NCBI GenBank assembly: GCA_963719225.1
Contig: CAVRAY010000001.1
Location: forward strand, 3,648,001 to 3,712,000
From: Thermoanaerobaculia bacterium
Lineage (GTDB): Bacteria; Acidobacteriota; Thermoanaerobaculia; UBA5066
Length of the DNA: 64,000 nucleotides
Reading direction: 5' to 3'
Positions 9,107 to 17,180 of the stretch are shown piece after piece. A program made the position numbers and the translations under genes. Each line of letters opens with the position of its first letter. Position 1 is the first letter of the stretch. The notes below the pieces were generated by a model that saw nothing but the letters and a program-made list of their open reading frames with translations, did not search any database and was not told the DNA's origin.

Positions 9107-10183
9107 TCAATGTGGCGAGAATCCGAGTTTGCGGCGGCGCCGCTTCATCAGCTCGGCATAGTCGTCGATGGAGAATGACTCAAGAAGTTCGGAGAACGTC
9201 GCGAAGCGGGCCTGCTGCACACGGTCGCCGAATACCTCCCGGAACCGCGGGAGAAGGTCCTGGGCACTCGGGTCGATTATCAGAACTTCTCTCGCAGTCA
9301 ATCGCGCGGCGCTCGCTCGCAGGAGGTTGCGAAGCGTGCTGTCGGAGGGGTGCAGGGAAAACCCGGCGAAGATGATTCGGTCAGCGGTCGTGAGCGCCTC
9401 GCCGGCGCGGCGCCAGATCGAGCTGATCGCTGGGTTCGCATAAATCTTTTCATACGTCGGCGGCACGATCACCGGTTCGCAGTTCGATCTCCCGCACGCC
9501 GAACACTTCTTCCAGCCGTCCATCGCAGCTTCAGCGCCGAACTTGAAGAGAGAGTCGAGGCTATAGGTCTCGCAATCTACGCACCTGGCCCAGCCGATTG
9601 ATCCGTGTAGCTTCAGCAGGGGGAGCGACTGGCGTTCATTGCCCAGCCGTTTGAGCTGCCACCGTTCGGAGTCGGGCGCCAGCTTCATGCCCTCCACGCC
9701 GTAGTCGATCCATCCCCGACATGAGATGTCGACTGGGTCCCCCGGCCCATATGTGATGAGGCTATCCATGTTGGCCAACACACACTCGATCAGGGCGTCG
9801 TAGTTGGTGGTCACCAGCGTTGAACCGGACTCCTGCGCTTCATAGAGGAGCGTTTCGAGCCCCTGGGGGTGATGGTCGACGAACGCCTGCAGCGTGCCGA
9901 GCCGCCTAAATAGTGCGATCTGCAGGTTGTGCGCCTCGTTCCCGTGCCCCGGCTGACCGTACACAGCGGACAGCGCATCTTCCAGCCGGAGCGCCCCAAA
10001 CCCTGCCGGCAGCCGCCCCGTCGAAATGTCCTCGGAAAGCTGCTTGATCGCCGCCGGCGGGGGATCCCCATCCGGGTAGTTCGAGTGATCCAGGAGGTGG
10101 TCGACCGTAAGCTCGGAAGCGAGCGGCATCGAGGGCAGGATTGACTTGGACGCACCCGCGCCGAGGAAGTAGACGGTGCTCAT
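9107..10183 (-). CDS. SIR2-like (SIR2_2) protein with Cys4 zinc module
   Basis: FLGAGAS, TTNYD, LLKLHGS, CVDC..CSAC, IVPPT.EK, IIFAGFSL..SD. Confidence 0.85.
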   Translation of the reverse strand: MSTVYFLGAGASKSILPSMPLASELTVDHLLDHSNYPDGDPPPAAIKQLSEDISTGRLPAGFGALRLEDALSAVYGQPGHGNEAHNLQIALFRRLGTLQAFVDHHPQGLETLLYEAQESGSTLVTTNYDALIECVLANMDSLITYGPGDPVDISCRGWIDYGVEGMKLAPDSERWQLKRLGNERQSLPLLKLHGSIGWARCVDCETYSLDSLFKFGAEAAMDGWKKCSACGRSNCEPVIVPPTYEKIYANPAISSIWRRAGEALTTADRIIFAGFSLHPSDSTLRNLLRASAARLTAREVLIIDPSAQDLLPRFREVFGDRVQQARFATFSELLESFSIDDYAELMKRRRRKLGFSPH

Positions 10184-10234
10184 CGATTACTCTTCAAGAA
10201 ACCTCGTTAGTGGGGCGCCTACCGATGCGAGGCA

Positions 10235-10873
10235 GTGAGGGGCGAAGTGGATTCTAAGGAACGCGCGTTGATCACGGGTCTGCTCGGCCGGGTCCAGGCC
10301 CTGGAGTTCGATGAGCACCACGCTCTGAGCCTACTGATTCTGCTCCGGCGCCACGCGGCGTCGAAGGCACCGCTGGCCGCGGAGCTCGGCGACTTCGTCG
10401 CACACCGCGAGCGAGACCGTGGCCTTCTGCTTCGTTTCTTGAAGCAGGTCCAGGGAGCGTTACTACCCGGCGGACAGGCACCGACTCACTACGACACGCC
10501 GGTGAGTGTTCCCGTTCTTCACGATCAACTGAACGCGCTCTTCGCGGAGCTCTCGATGTCTCCGATCCGCTTCGAGCATGCAGAGTGCCTGGCCCTGGTC
10601 GTCGCGGCGCTCCTCGACCGCGTGGAATTCCCGGTTCACGGGGCGCGGAGATCGAGGTTGCTCTTCGGATTTAATGCTCAGTTTGCTGGCCTGTTCGGCG
10701 AGGTCCCCCTTCTTTCAGCCATCGTCGCATTCCCCGTCATGGCGGTCCGCAACCGTTTCTTCGAATCCCCGTTCGATGACCCCGAAACCTACTGGTTCCC
10801 TGACCGCCGCTTCACCGTTTCAGCGGCATGCCACGACGGAACCGTCGGCTTCGCACAGAGCCCAGCGCTATGA
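10235..10873 (+). CDS. Hypothetical protein (ELGDFVAHRERDRG motif)
   Basis: 212-aa ORF with protein-like composition (alternative GTG at 10247 after GAGGGG); ATGA overlap with next gene. Confidence 0.7.
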   Translation: MRGEVDSKERALITGLLGRVQALEFDEHHALSLLILLRRHAASKAPLAAELGDFVAHRERDRGLLLRFLKQVQGALLPGGQAPTHYDTPVSVPVLHDQLNALFAELSMSPIRFEHAECLALVVAALLDRVEFPVHGARRSRLLFGFNAQFAGLFGEVPLLSAIVAFPVMAVRNRFFESPFDDPETYWFPDRRFTVSAACHDGTVGFAQSPAL

Positions 10874-12525
10874 GCTGGATCAGCGAGGGGGATCGTGACT
10901 GCCTCTATCTCTGGGAACTACCCGGACTCGCTTGGAGCGGGGCCTTCTTACGCCTCGCGGAGGAGTTTGGAGTAAAGCCGCCGGAGAGTCCGGCATTTCA
11001 CGACATCGTTCGGATGGGATGGCTCATTCCACGGCGTCGCGTGAGGCTCCCGGAATCAGTCGTTCGGGCGATCCACGGTGAGCTCAGCCTGGATAACGTG
11101 CCCGAAGCCGACCACTGGGCTCTTCACCTTTGGAACCGCTGCCGTAGCTTCTTCCCGGAGCATGTCAATGATGTCGCGGTCGCCTTCACGGGTAGCTGGT
11201 ACCGCCCCCCACTAGAGCTTGACGGTGACGACCTTGCCCGATCCGTTCAGGAAAACACCATCCCGGCCGACACGGAAGAAACGAGCCGGCCTTTGGTTCG
11301 GCTGAAACGGGGAGATGAGGTTCCTGCGTGGCTCGACTTCTTCGCATTCTGGCAGGTTTATGAGCTCGTGGAGATCCTCGGCTCTAGCCGCCTCTTTGCG
11401 CCCGTCCGTAACACCCCCAACGCGCGTGCCGATCTGGAACAGGTGGTGGCGCGTTTCGACTGGTTTAAGGGGGTCTCCGATGGTCGTATCAAGGCTGTCA
11501 CCGAAACGTGGCAGCGACGAGCGCCGGTGTTCGAGTGGGTCGGCAGGTATCGCACCCTTCTCGGCATTTGGCTCGGGAGAAAAGGGTCGCGCGACGACAT
11601 GACCGCCGCCGCAAACGCGCTCGCATCAGACCTTGGGCTGAGCGCCGATGCAATGAGGGTAGGGATCAGAGACACGCTGCTCATTCTTTGGAACGACATC
11701 GACTGGAGAAACGGCTGGGAGGACTTGCCGGATGCGGCCTTGGAACGGCTGAGGCAAGACATCTACTGGGCAGTCCAGTTTCTCGGGCAAGTGACGGGTG
11801 ATGCCATTGACCTCGACGACGCGTTCTGGAGCCCACCAGACCGAATGGCCAGGGAGTGGGCGGCGCTCCCCGACGTCCTGTCATTCGAATGGCACGAAGC
11901 GAAGGAGAGCTTTACCCGAAACGCTCTCCACTACCTCGAGGCATTCAACAAGGCCTCCTCGCCCGGGGGCTCATTCGATGAAGCGGCCCTCGCCAAGCAA
12001 GCGGAACGAATGAACGCCTCGGTGCCCTTCCGTCGCTTCATGCTCGCGTTTTTTCGTTTGCATCAACATGTTGGCGGGGCGATCAACAGGTCGACACGGA
12101 TTCAGCTCCAGGAAGAGACGCCGATCGATTTTCTCCTGCTCTGCGCCCTGTTCGCGGAGAAGGTCGTTGGCGAGGCGTATCTCGCGAAGAATCGGGGGGC
12201 GGCCCTCCCGAGGTTCAACAAGCTCGTCCACTGGCTCTCGGGTGAGGTGGAGACTGCGAAGGGTCTGAATGGGCTCCGAACGAAGGTTGCGAGTCGGCTG
12301 AAATCCGGCGAGACGGAGCTCTACGACCTTCCTCAAACGCGTCGAATCCCCTTCAATGTCCCGACGGCGAGCTCTGAAGAAGCGATCGTTGAAGAGGCCT
12401 TCGTGAACTTCGCCAAGATCCGAAACTACGCGGCGCACCATGATGTCCTCGATTTCGAGCTTATTCACACCCCGGCCGCGGTGCACGTCTTGGAATCGCT
12501 GCTGCTCGTGGTTCTGTTGACCTGA
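10870..12525 (+). CDS. Large helical hypothetical protein with C-terminal HEPN-like RxxxxH motif
   Basis: ATG 10870 overlaps upstream TGA; C-terminal FAKIRNYAAHHD in helical context. Confidence 0.65.
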   Translation: MSWISEGDRDCLYLWELPGLAWSGAFLRLAEEFGVKPPESPAFHDIVRMGWLIPRRRVRLPESVVRAIHGELSLDNVPEADHWALHLWNRCRSFFPEHVNDVAVAFTGSWYRPPLELDGDDLARSVQENTIPADTEETSRPLVRLKRGDEVPAWLDFFAFWQVYELVEILGSSRLFAPVRNTPNARADLEQVVARFDWFKGVSDGRIKAVTETWQRRAPVFEWVGRYRTLLGIWLGRKGSRDDMTAAANALASDLGLSADAMRVGIRDTLLILWNDIDWRNGWEDLPDAALERLRQDIYWAVQFLGQVTGDAIDLDDAFWSPPDRMAREWAALPDVLSFEWHEAKESFTRNALHYLEAFNKASSPGGSFDEAALAKQAERMNASVPFRRFMLAFFRLHQHVGGAINRSTRIQLQEETPIDFLLLCALFAEKVVGEAYLAKNRGAALPRFNKLVHWLSGEVETAKGLNGLRTKVASRLKSGETELYDLPQTRRIPFNVPTASSEEAIVEEAFVNFAKIRNYAAHHDVLDFELIHTPAAVHVLESLLLVVLLT

Positions 12526-12549
12526 TGGTTAGGGGAAGCAGCGCCGCCC

Positions 12550-13011
12550 TCACACGAGCGGCTTTACTTCTCCGCTGGGTCTGATGATCTTCACGAACGG
12601 CGGCGTCTGCTTGCGCACCGCTCGCACGATCCGAGCGAGACCCTTCGCGAACGCCTCGATCTGCGTTGCCGACGACATGGTGGCGCTCGAAAAGTAGAAG
12701 GCGCGCACCTTCGCGCGCTTAAGGGCATCTAGCTCATCTGGCTTCCGGCTCTGCCGGCGATCCGACGAGATGAGAACCCATCCGCTGCGCCCCACGTCAG
12801 GCAGCCACTCGAGGTCGGGCGCGCCGCGAGCGAATTCCGTGCGGCTTCTCTTAACGTCGAGCCCGAGCCCTTGGAGTGCAGACGCAAGATCGTCCCCGTC
12901 GACGTTCGCGTCGAGGAAGAAGGGCGGCAGCCCCGAGGTATCAGGCCGCTTTCCGCTTCGCCCGCTGCTCGAACGCGACCGCTTGCTCGACTTGATCTTT
13001 CGTGAGGTCAA
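12550..13011 (-). CDS. VapC45-like PIN-domain toxin
   Basis: FFLDAN..,GAPDLEWL...GWVLISSD.R..RKPDELDAL; overlaps the 3' end of the DUF433 gene; start uncertain (TTG 13011). Confidence 0.8.
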   Translation of the reverse strand: MTSRKIKSSKRSRSSSGRSGKRPDTSGLPPFFLDANVDGDDLASALQGLGLDVKRSRTEFARGAPDLEWLPDVGRSGWVLISSDRRQSRKPDELDALKRAKVRAFYFSSATMSSATQIEAFAKGLARIVRAVRKQTPPFVKIIRPSGEVKPLV

Positions 13012-13666
13012 GGTCTTTTGAAACAGCTTCGACGCTGTCGCCCGCCGCAACTCTCCCGCTGATGATTTCCGTACGCACCCGCGTCCCGGTCACAACGGGG
13101 TGACCGAAGGCGATTCGCGGGTCCACGGCAATCGGCCTTTCCGTGTCCGAGATCACCACGGGGAAAAAGCGAACGGGCCCGGTCGCGTCACGCTCGATTC
13201 GTTTGAGGTGTGACTCGATGAGCTTCTCAATCAGGATCTGCTCGGGTCGGTTCAGGTCGATCAGCTTGCCGAACTTCCGGACGAAGAGATCAACGCCGTC
13301 CGTCAGAAAGTCGACGAATGCGAGGGGATGAGGCTGGGAGTGGTAGCCCGGCAGCACCTCAAGGGCCTTGCGGATCTGCTGCATCGTGAGATCGTGCTCC
13401 CGCCGAAGAGCCCGCAGGAACTGTGCTTCCATCAGGTTGATGAAGGACAGCATGGCGTTAGCAGGCTCGGGAAGCTCGAGGAGCGCGTCGGCGCGCTTCT
13501 GACCAGCCTGGACAGGGTACTTTCGCCCGAGAGCCCAGGTTCGTAGCGTCGCGGGGTTGAGGTCGAGGCAGAGCGCAGCCTCACGAATCCCATAGAAGGG
13601 AATGTCGCGCGGATCTCGACCTCCGTAGATGTCGTCTCTGGCGGGCGTAACTAGCGGCAGCCCCAT
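12941..13666 (-). CDS. VapB45-like antitoxin (HTH + DUF433)
   Basis: PFYGIREAA..L.LNPATLRTW; LSFINLMEA; DUF433 motif IAVDPRIAFGHPVVTGTRV; probable leaderless ATG 13666. Confidence 0.85.
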   Translation of the reverse strand: MGLPLVTPARDDIYGGRDPRDIPFYGIREAALCLDLNPATLRTWALGRKYPVQAGQKRADALLELPEPANAMLSFINLMEAQFLRALRREHDLTMQQIRKALEVLPGYHSQPHPLAFVDFLTDGVDLFVRKFGKLIDLNRPEQILIEKLIESHLKRIERDATGPVRFFPVVISDTERPIAVDPRIAFGHPVVTGTRVRTEIISGRVAAGDSVEAVSKDLDLTKDQVEQAVAFEQRAKRKAA

Positions 13667-13770
13667 GGGCGGATTATGACCCACTGACTTGAGGCCGTCT
13701 GCCACGACCGGGATGAGCCCAGGGCTGGCCCCAGCGTCGCTTCTCCCGCTTCCGGGGGCTACCGCCGGGC

Positions 13771-13798
13771 TTGACATATTACAGAAAATATCTGTAAT
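13771..13798 (+). promoter_or_regulatory. Sigma70-type promoter of the integrase overlapped by an ATTACA-N9-TGTAAT operator
   Basis: TTGACA (13771-76) ... TGTAAT (13793-98); palindrome ATTACAGA-AAATA-TCTGTAAT. Confidence 0.65.
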
Positions 13799-13897
13799 TT
13801 TGTTCCGCACGATGTGGAGTTCTACTGTTCCCCGCCGGGCTCAATTGCCGCTTGACACGATTCATGCAGAAGCGCCCCAGCGGGCAGGAAACGCACC

Positions 13898-14956
13898 GTG
13901 GCCTGGTTGATGAGGCGAAACGACCGCGGGGGCGGGTGGTACGTCTGCTTCCATACGGCGGGCGGGAAGGAAGTCCGACGGGCGGCCGGAAAGTCACGCC
14001 GAACAGCCGAGCGGATCAAGGCGAAGATCGAGACCCAGCTACGCGAAAGCAAGTTCTTCAACCGCGACCAGACATCGACGTGGACGCTTGAGCAGCTATC
14101 GGCTCTCTACCTCGAGCGTCTGGCCCGGCTTCGGCCGCGGTCGGCGCGGTGGCGGCGAGAGATGTACAGGCAGGTGCTCCGAGCCCTCGGCAGTGAGCTC
14201 CTCATCGAGGAAATCGAACTATCCACGCTTGACGCTTACGTGGAGAGACGGCGCGGGGAAGGAAAAGCGCCTTCGACGATCAATAGGGAACTGTCGGTCC
14301 TGCGCCATTCTCTGCATCTCGCGGCGCGCTGGAAGACGGAAACGAATCTCTCCCGCTACAGGCTCGCGGACTGGGAGCCGCTGCGTGAATCTCAGGACGC
14401 GCGCCAGGCCGTGTTCCTGACGGCCGAGCAGGTTGCGCGCGTGCTTGGCGCGGCCCACGGACGCGCGGCGGGAGGTGGACTGAACGAACGCCAGGGCGAG
14501 GCCGTGATCCGGCTCGCACTCGAGACCGGTGCGCGGCTCGGGGAAGTCCTAGGTCTCTCCTGGGCTGATCTGGATTCCAAAGGCGTGACCCGGATTCGAA
14601 CCGAGAAGAATGGTCCGGACCGGTGGGTCCAGCTCAATGAGTCGACCGTGCAGCTCCTCGAGTCGTTCCGCGATCAGCGAAACGGGAGCGGCCTCATCTT
14701 CCCGAGCGCGCTGACGGGCGCACAGCGTGTAGATATCCGCCGCTTCTGGCACGCGGTTCGGAAGATCGCGAACGTCGAGCACATCCGCTTTCACGATCTC
14801 CGGCACACCGCGGCCTCCGAGATGCTTCGTCGCGGCTTCCTGCTGCGTGAGGTGCAGTACGTCCTGGGCCATTCTTCGGCCCGGATGACGGAGCGATATG
14901 CTCACTTCGCTCCGACGTTCAAGGCGCCGAAAGCTCTGTCCTGGGCGGTACCGTAA
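13898..14956 (+). CDS. int: Tyrosine recombinase / phage-type integrase
   Basis: N-terminal arm-binding-like domain; PSTINRELSVL; catalytic ETGAR, EKN, HDLRH, LGHSS..MTERY; adjacent to a tRNA-derived att site. Confidence 0.93.
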   Translation: MAWLMRRNDRGGGWYVCFHTAGGKEVRRAAGKSRRTAERIKAKIETQLRESKFFNRDQTSTWTLEQLSALYLERLARLRPRSARWRREMYRQVLRALGSELLIEEIELSTLDAYVERRRGEGKAPSTINRELSVLRHSLHLAARWKTETNLSRYRLADWEPLRESQDARQAVFLTAEQVARVLGAAHGRAAGGGLNERQGEAVIRLALETGARLGEVLGLSWADLDSKGVTRIRTEKNGPDRWVQLNESTVQLLESFRDQRNGSGLIFPSALTGAQRVDIRRFWHAVRKIANVEHIRFHDLRHTAASEMLRRGFLLREVQYVLGHSSARMTERYAHFAPTFKAPKALSWAVP

Positions 14957-14963
14957 ACGGTCA
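14946..14963 (+). promoter_or_regulatory. Putative integrase arm-type binding site (copy 1)
   Basis: CGGTACCGTAAACGGTCA; related copies at 15109-15126 and 17195-17212. Confidence 0.6.
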
Positions 14964-15035
14964 GGGGTTCCTGTCTCGGCTGCGCGCTGAGACGCTCGAA
15001 AGACCCCGCGTTTTCGGGCCAAACACCCCCGTTGT

Positions 15036-15090
15036 CCTTTATCGCACTCAGGAGGTCGTCAGTTCGATCCTGATCAGCTCCACCACTTTA
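15036..15090 (+). repeat. att site 1: 55-bp direct repeat containing the 3' half of tRNA-Ala(CGC) (15041-15085)
   Basis: Anticodon loop ATCGCAC, stem arm TCAGG, T-arm GTCAG-TTCGATC-CTGAT, acceptor CAGCTCC-A-CCA; identical to 17286-17340. Confidence 0.92.
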
Positions 15091-15108
15091 CGTAGCTTCC
15101 GAGAGCTC

Positions 15109-15126
15109 CGGTACAGCAAACGGTAA
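15109..15126 (+). promoter_or_regulatory. Putative integrase arm-type binding site (copy 2)
   Basis: CGGTACAGCAAACGGTAA, just right of att site 1. Confidence 0.55.
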
Positions 15127-15174
15127 CGGGTCGCGTGCTTGCGGTTTGGACCGGTTTCCGCTGAACTGAGAGCC

Positions 15175-15402
15175 ATGAAAAGCACGAAAACGAAGGCCGA
15201 GCCGCGTACGACGCGTGGCTCGCGTGACCTGAAGACCGCGCTCAAGAGAGCGGCCGCCGCGCTCGAGAAGGCGGCCATGGCCGCGCCCCGGACCCGCGGC
15301 TCTCGCGACCTGAAGGTAGAGATCGAGCGCGCGAAGAAGGCCGTCAAGAAGGCCACGGCGATTGCGCGGACGACACGCGGCTCTCGCGACCTGAAGAGCT
15401 GA
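15175..15402 (+). CDS. 75-aa Lys/Arg/Ala-rich mini-protein with three RT(T)RGSRDLK repeats
   Basis: ATG 15175 to TGA 15402; the repeat copies differ at synonymous positions, which suggests coding. Confidence 0.6.
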   Translation: MKSTKTKAEPRTTRGSRDLKTALKRAAAALEKAAMAAPRTRGSRDLKVEIERAKKAVKKATAIARTTRGSRDLKS

Positions 15403-15567
15403 GCCGACTCCCCCTCTCTCATGGCCCGCTGGTCACGGCGCGTGCGAGGTGCAAGCGTGCGTGAGCGCACCCTCGCGCACGCGCCGTGCCCGCTAGCGAC
15501 TCGACAGGAGGCTTCGCCGACGCCGAGGACAGGCCCGAAGAGCACGGCCGGAGACAACGCCCCCGGC

Positions 15568-15799
15568 GGCTCCGGCGAGAGGGGCTGGTGGCGCCGGCCG
15601 CGGCGGCAGCGCGCGTGCCGGGCCCCTCTTCCCCGGCCCTTCTCCCGACACGCGCGCTGCAAACGCCGCTTGCCGATAAACGCGTTTATCGGCTCCGGTG
15701 CTTTTCATTTCCCGGCCGCGCGTGCGCGGCCGGGGGCACCCCTCTCGCCTCCGGGCGTCGCTTCGCTCGGCCGTTTACATAACGTGGCGCTATGTAAAC
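15568..15799 (+). repeat. Structured non-coding unit, copy A (inverted relative to copy B)
   Basis: Shares blocks with the reverse complement of 16260-16497; perfect 22-bp palindrome 15672-15693; GTTTACATA-N9-TATGTAAAC at 15773-15799. Confidence 0.75.
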
Positions 15800-16259
15800 C
15801 CGCCGGGGGCATTAAGGCGCGCGCGAATAGCGCGAGCTGCTTGAAGGCCTGTCATTGCGCGTGCTTTCTTCGCGCGCGTGCGTTTGCGGTCCTCGACGGG
15901 GCTGCGGTCCTCAACCCACGCGCGCGGCACGCTCGTGCCAGGCCGGGAGAGCGCGCGGGGCACGAAGGCACCGCGCGCGGCCTCCGGCCGCGCGCCGGAG
16001 GCGCGCAGCGCGCGAAATCTCTGGTGCTCCGGGGCGCGGCGCGAACCGTGCCGCGCGCAGGATCGAGGACGCGCAGGGACGAGAACCGCAGATGCCGCGC
16101 GCGAAGCGACGCACGGAGCGTGACGCGCCTACAGCGCCCGCGCCGAAGGCGCGCGCGAAAATTCTTCGCGCCGCTTCTCGAAGCCACGGATCTCGAGGAG
16201 GCCCCGGCGCCAAGCCCCCGCGCGCGCGAGTTGCTGCGCGCTACGGCGCGCAGCCTCAG

Positions 16260-16497
16260 CACATAGCGCTCGCGTTATGTGAAGGGCGCGAAGCGCCCCG
16301 GAGGCGTGCGGGGTGCCCCCGCGAAACGAAGTGAAGCGGGAAATGAAAGTGCCGGGGACGGTAATAGGCCATTACCGGCCAGCGGCCGCGCGCGCAGCGC
16401 GTGGATGCAGCGCGCGTGACGGGCAGGGGAACGTGGGGCCCCGCCCGGCGCGCGCGCCGCAGAGCGCCCGGCGCCAACGCCCCGCACGCCGGAGCTC
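16260..16497 (-). repeat. Structured non-coding unit, copy B
   Basis: Reverse complement reads ..CACGCGCGCTGCA..TTTCATTTCCCG..GGGGGCACCCC..CGCCTCCGGG..CGCTTCGC..ACATAACG.GAGCGCTATGT, as in copy A. Confidence 0.75.
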
Positions 16498-16715
16498 GCG
16501 CGCGCGGGGCGGATGGTGCGCCGGGTACGCCGAGAGGAAAGCCGATCAGCGCGGAGCAGTCGAGAGCCGGGAGCGCGGCGCGCCGCTTGCGCGAGAGCGC
16601 GACGACCGAGCACGTGTACTCGCGCGCGTAGGTGGTCGCGCGCGAGCCGCAGCAAGCGGCGTGACGTCGCGGGCCGTCAGCGAGGGAAGTGCACTCCAAG
16701 CCGAGGCATCACGAA

Positions 16716-17105
16716 TCAGGCGCCGCGACTCTTCGCCCGGCGCTCGGCCAGCGCATCGATGATCTTGAAGACGGCCTTCTGGTCGTGCGGAGGCAGCTCG
16801 TTGAGTCGCTTGAGATGTTTCTGCCGCTGCACGCTCGTCGCGGGCGCCGCTCCCCCGCTGCGCTCCGGCGCCTTCTTGCGGCCGAGAAGAATGTCGGTCG
16901 AAACGTCGAGCGCGTCGGCGATCGCGACGAGGAGCTCGGGTGGCGGGGAAACTCCGCGCACCTCGTAATAGGTGATCGTCTGCTGCGGCACGCCAATCTT
17001 CTTGGCGAGCTCGGCCTGCGTCAGACCCTTCGCGATCCGGAAGCGCCGAATCCGGTCCCCGAGCGTCTCAGTATTGCCTGATTTCTTCTTCCGTTTCCGC
17101 GCCAT
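16716..17105 (-). CDS. XRE-family HTH transcriptional regulator
   Basis: LGDRIRRFRIAKGLTQAELAKKIGVPQQTITYYE..LLVAIADALDVSTDILLG; ATG 17105. Confidence 0.9.
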   Translation of the reverse strand: MARKRKKKSGNTETLGDRIRRFRIAKGLTQAELAKKIGVPQQTITYYEVRGVSPPPELLVAIADALDVSTDILLGRKKAPERSGGAAPATSVQRQKHLKRLNELPPHDQKAVFKIIDALAERRAKSRGA

Positions 17106-17152
17106 TACCGCCGAGTTTAGGAGTGCTTCGGCAACACAAAGGCTAGCCGGGT

Positions 17153-17180
17153 TTGCCAGATTACATAAGACTTGTGTAAT
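17153..17180 (+). promoter_or_regulatory. Promoter/operator homologous to the integrase promoter
   Basis: TTGCCA-g-ATTACA-TAAGACTTG-TGTAAT, same geometry as 13771-13798. Confidence 0.65.

Noticed and set aside
15041-15085. Intact tRNA-Ala gene (also at 17291-17335)
   Set aside because: Only the anticodon loop to CCA is present; no D-arm or 5' acceptor strand upstream, so these are att fragments.
15205-15398. CRISPR-like array from the three CGCGGCTCTCGCGACCTGAAG repeats
   Set aside because: Only three degenerate copies, in frame within an ORF with synonymous variation, and no cas genes.
15421-16762. Long Arg/Ala/Pro-rich ORFs on both strands (e.g. 15421..16266, 16256..16699)
   Set aside because: Low-complexity translations expected from very GC-rich palindromic DNA; no motifs; better explained as non-coding structure.
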